Shown one piece after another: positions 63,164 to 64,000 of a stretch of DNA of 64,000 bases. The notes beneath the pieces were generated by a model. The model was not told where the DNA came from. It saw only the letters and a list, made by a program, of their open reading frames with translations, and searched no databases. The stretch lies in the NCBI RefSeq assembly GCF_963921235.1, contig NC_086104.1:3968001-4032000 (forward strand), read 5' to 3'. This stretch comes from Mobula hypostoma. Lineage: Eukaryota. The position numbers were made by a program, and so were the translations under genes. Position 1 is the first letter of the stretch. Every line of letters begins with the position of its first letter.

Positions 63164-63494
63164 GTGAGTACAAGTTCTATTTATTCAGCAGTGTGTTCCT
63201 GCATTGGGAGTTATTCCAACACCACTCACTTCCCGTGGCTGGGCACATTGTACTGAAGAACACTCAGTGTAATACTGGAGCCCCATCACTGGGACACGAT
63301 CCAGAGCACTGTGGCCCCTAACTCATGGGTGGGGAGCACCGACGTGGTGACTGACCGTCTGCTCTGTGTGTCCAGTTGGATATTTGAAAATAAATTTCAA
63401 TGTGAAGTGTGTTATCACAGGAGAGAAAAGGAGAAACTGTTCAGTGTTCAGAGTCATAGATCAAGGTCTCTTAAATCTCAACCATCTCTCCTAA

Positions 63495-63830
63495 ATGCTC
63501 TGAAAATAAGACATAAGAACATAAGAAATAGGAGTAGGAGTAGGAGGAGGCCATCTGGCCCATCGAGCCTGCCCCGCCATGCAAAAAGATCATGGCTGAT
63601 CTGTCTGTAAGCTCAGCTCCATCTACCTGCCTTTTCCCCATAACCCTTAATTCCCTTACTATGTAAAAACCTATCTAACTGTGCCTTAACTATATTTAGT
63701 GAGGAGGCCTCAACTGCTTCCCTGGGCAGAGAATTCTACAGATTCACCACTCTCTGGGAAAACAATTTCTCCTCATCTCCGTCCTAAATCTTCTCCCCTG
63801 AATCTTGAGGCAATGTCCCCTGGTTCTCGT
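63495..63830 (-). mobile_element. CR1 3' fragment downstream of V exon 2
   Basis: acataagaacataagaaataggag tail plus a 3' UTR matching 40890-41290 and 58540-58940. Confidence 0.8.
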
Positions 63831-63965
63831 GATAAGACGATAAAACGATAAGTGATGCAGAATCAGTTAACACTCTTAAACAGCATCTCAAAAAACTATT
63901 TATTTAACTTGCATTTAATAAAGATCTTTCAAAGTTCAAAGTAAATTTATTATCAAAGACCATAT

Positions 63966-64000
63966 ATAGAAACATAGAAACATAGAAACATAGAAAATAG
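63966..64000 (-). repeat. (TTTCTATG)n tail of another CR1 entering from beyond the window
   Basis: tagaaacatagaaacatagaaacatagaaaatag is the same as the tails at 24508 and 59330. Confidence 0.75.

Noticed and set aside
63270-63315. CACTGTG downstream of V2 (and another inside V1 CDR1 near 56050) as J-type RSS
   Set aside because: No GGTTTTTGT-like nonamer upstream at 12 or 23 bp, and no J-like segment follows.
62668-63321. 217-aa ORF as a single-exon gene
   Set aside because: The N-terminal ~50 aa and C-terminal ~52 aa are intron read-through around a clearly spliced V exon, and the ORF start is not an ATG.
1-64000. CRISPR arrays, rRNA/tRNA genes, prokaryotic operons
   Set aside because: None seen. 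The DNA is eukaryotic, and the tandem repeats are LINE tails or microsatellites without spacers.

Overview
Vertebrate genomic DNA, almost certainly from a cartilaginous fish and probably a ray. The organism is inferred from the dense CR1 families with 7-8 bp tandem tails, the Penelope-like elements and the Rex/Babar-type LINEs. Most of the window is nested, truncated retrotransposons (CR1, Penelope-like, Rex/Babar, RTE, SINE-like) plus one mariner-derived foldback MITE, and there is one assembly gap. Nearly all ORFs in the track are TE fragments or their antisense shadows. The one host gene I can support is on the + strand and is incomplete. It has a 49-nt signal-peptide exon (41548-41596) behind a PU.1-box promoter, a ~14.3 kb intron, and two antigen-receptor-like V-set exons (55945-56307, 62819-63163). 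Each V exon already ends in a J-like segment in the germline, with no recognisable RSS and no C exon between them. This predicts a non-rearranging L-VJ-VJ-(...) receptor whose constant/TM exons would lie beyond 64000. I cannot assign an orthologue without a search. Secondary highlights are minimal hammerhead ribozyme motifs in the Penelope-like ends, a ~4.6 kb double palindrome formed by a young CR1 inserted antisense into its own family, and a three-level CR1 nest. Exon and motif coordinates were read base by base. Repeat boundaries are approximate unless a junction is stated.
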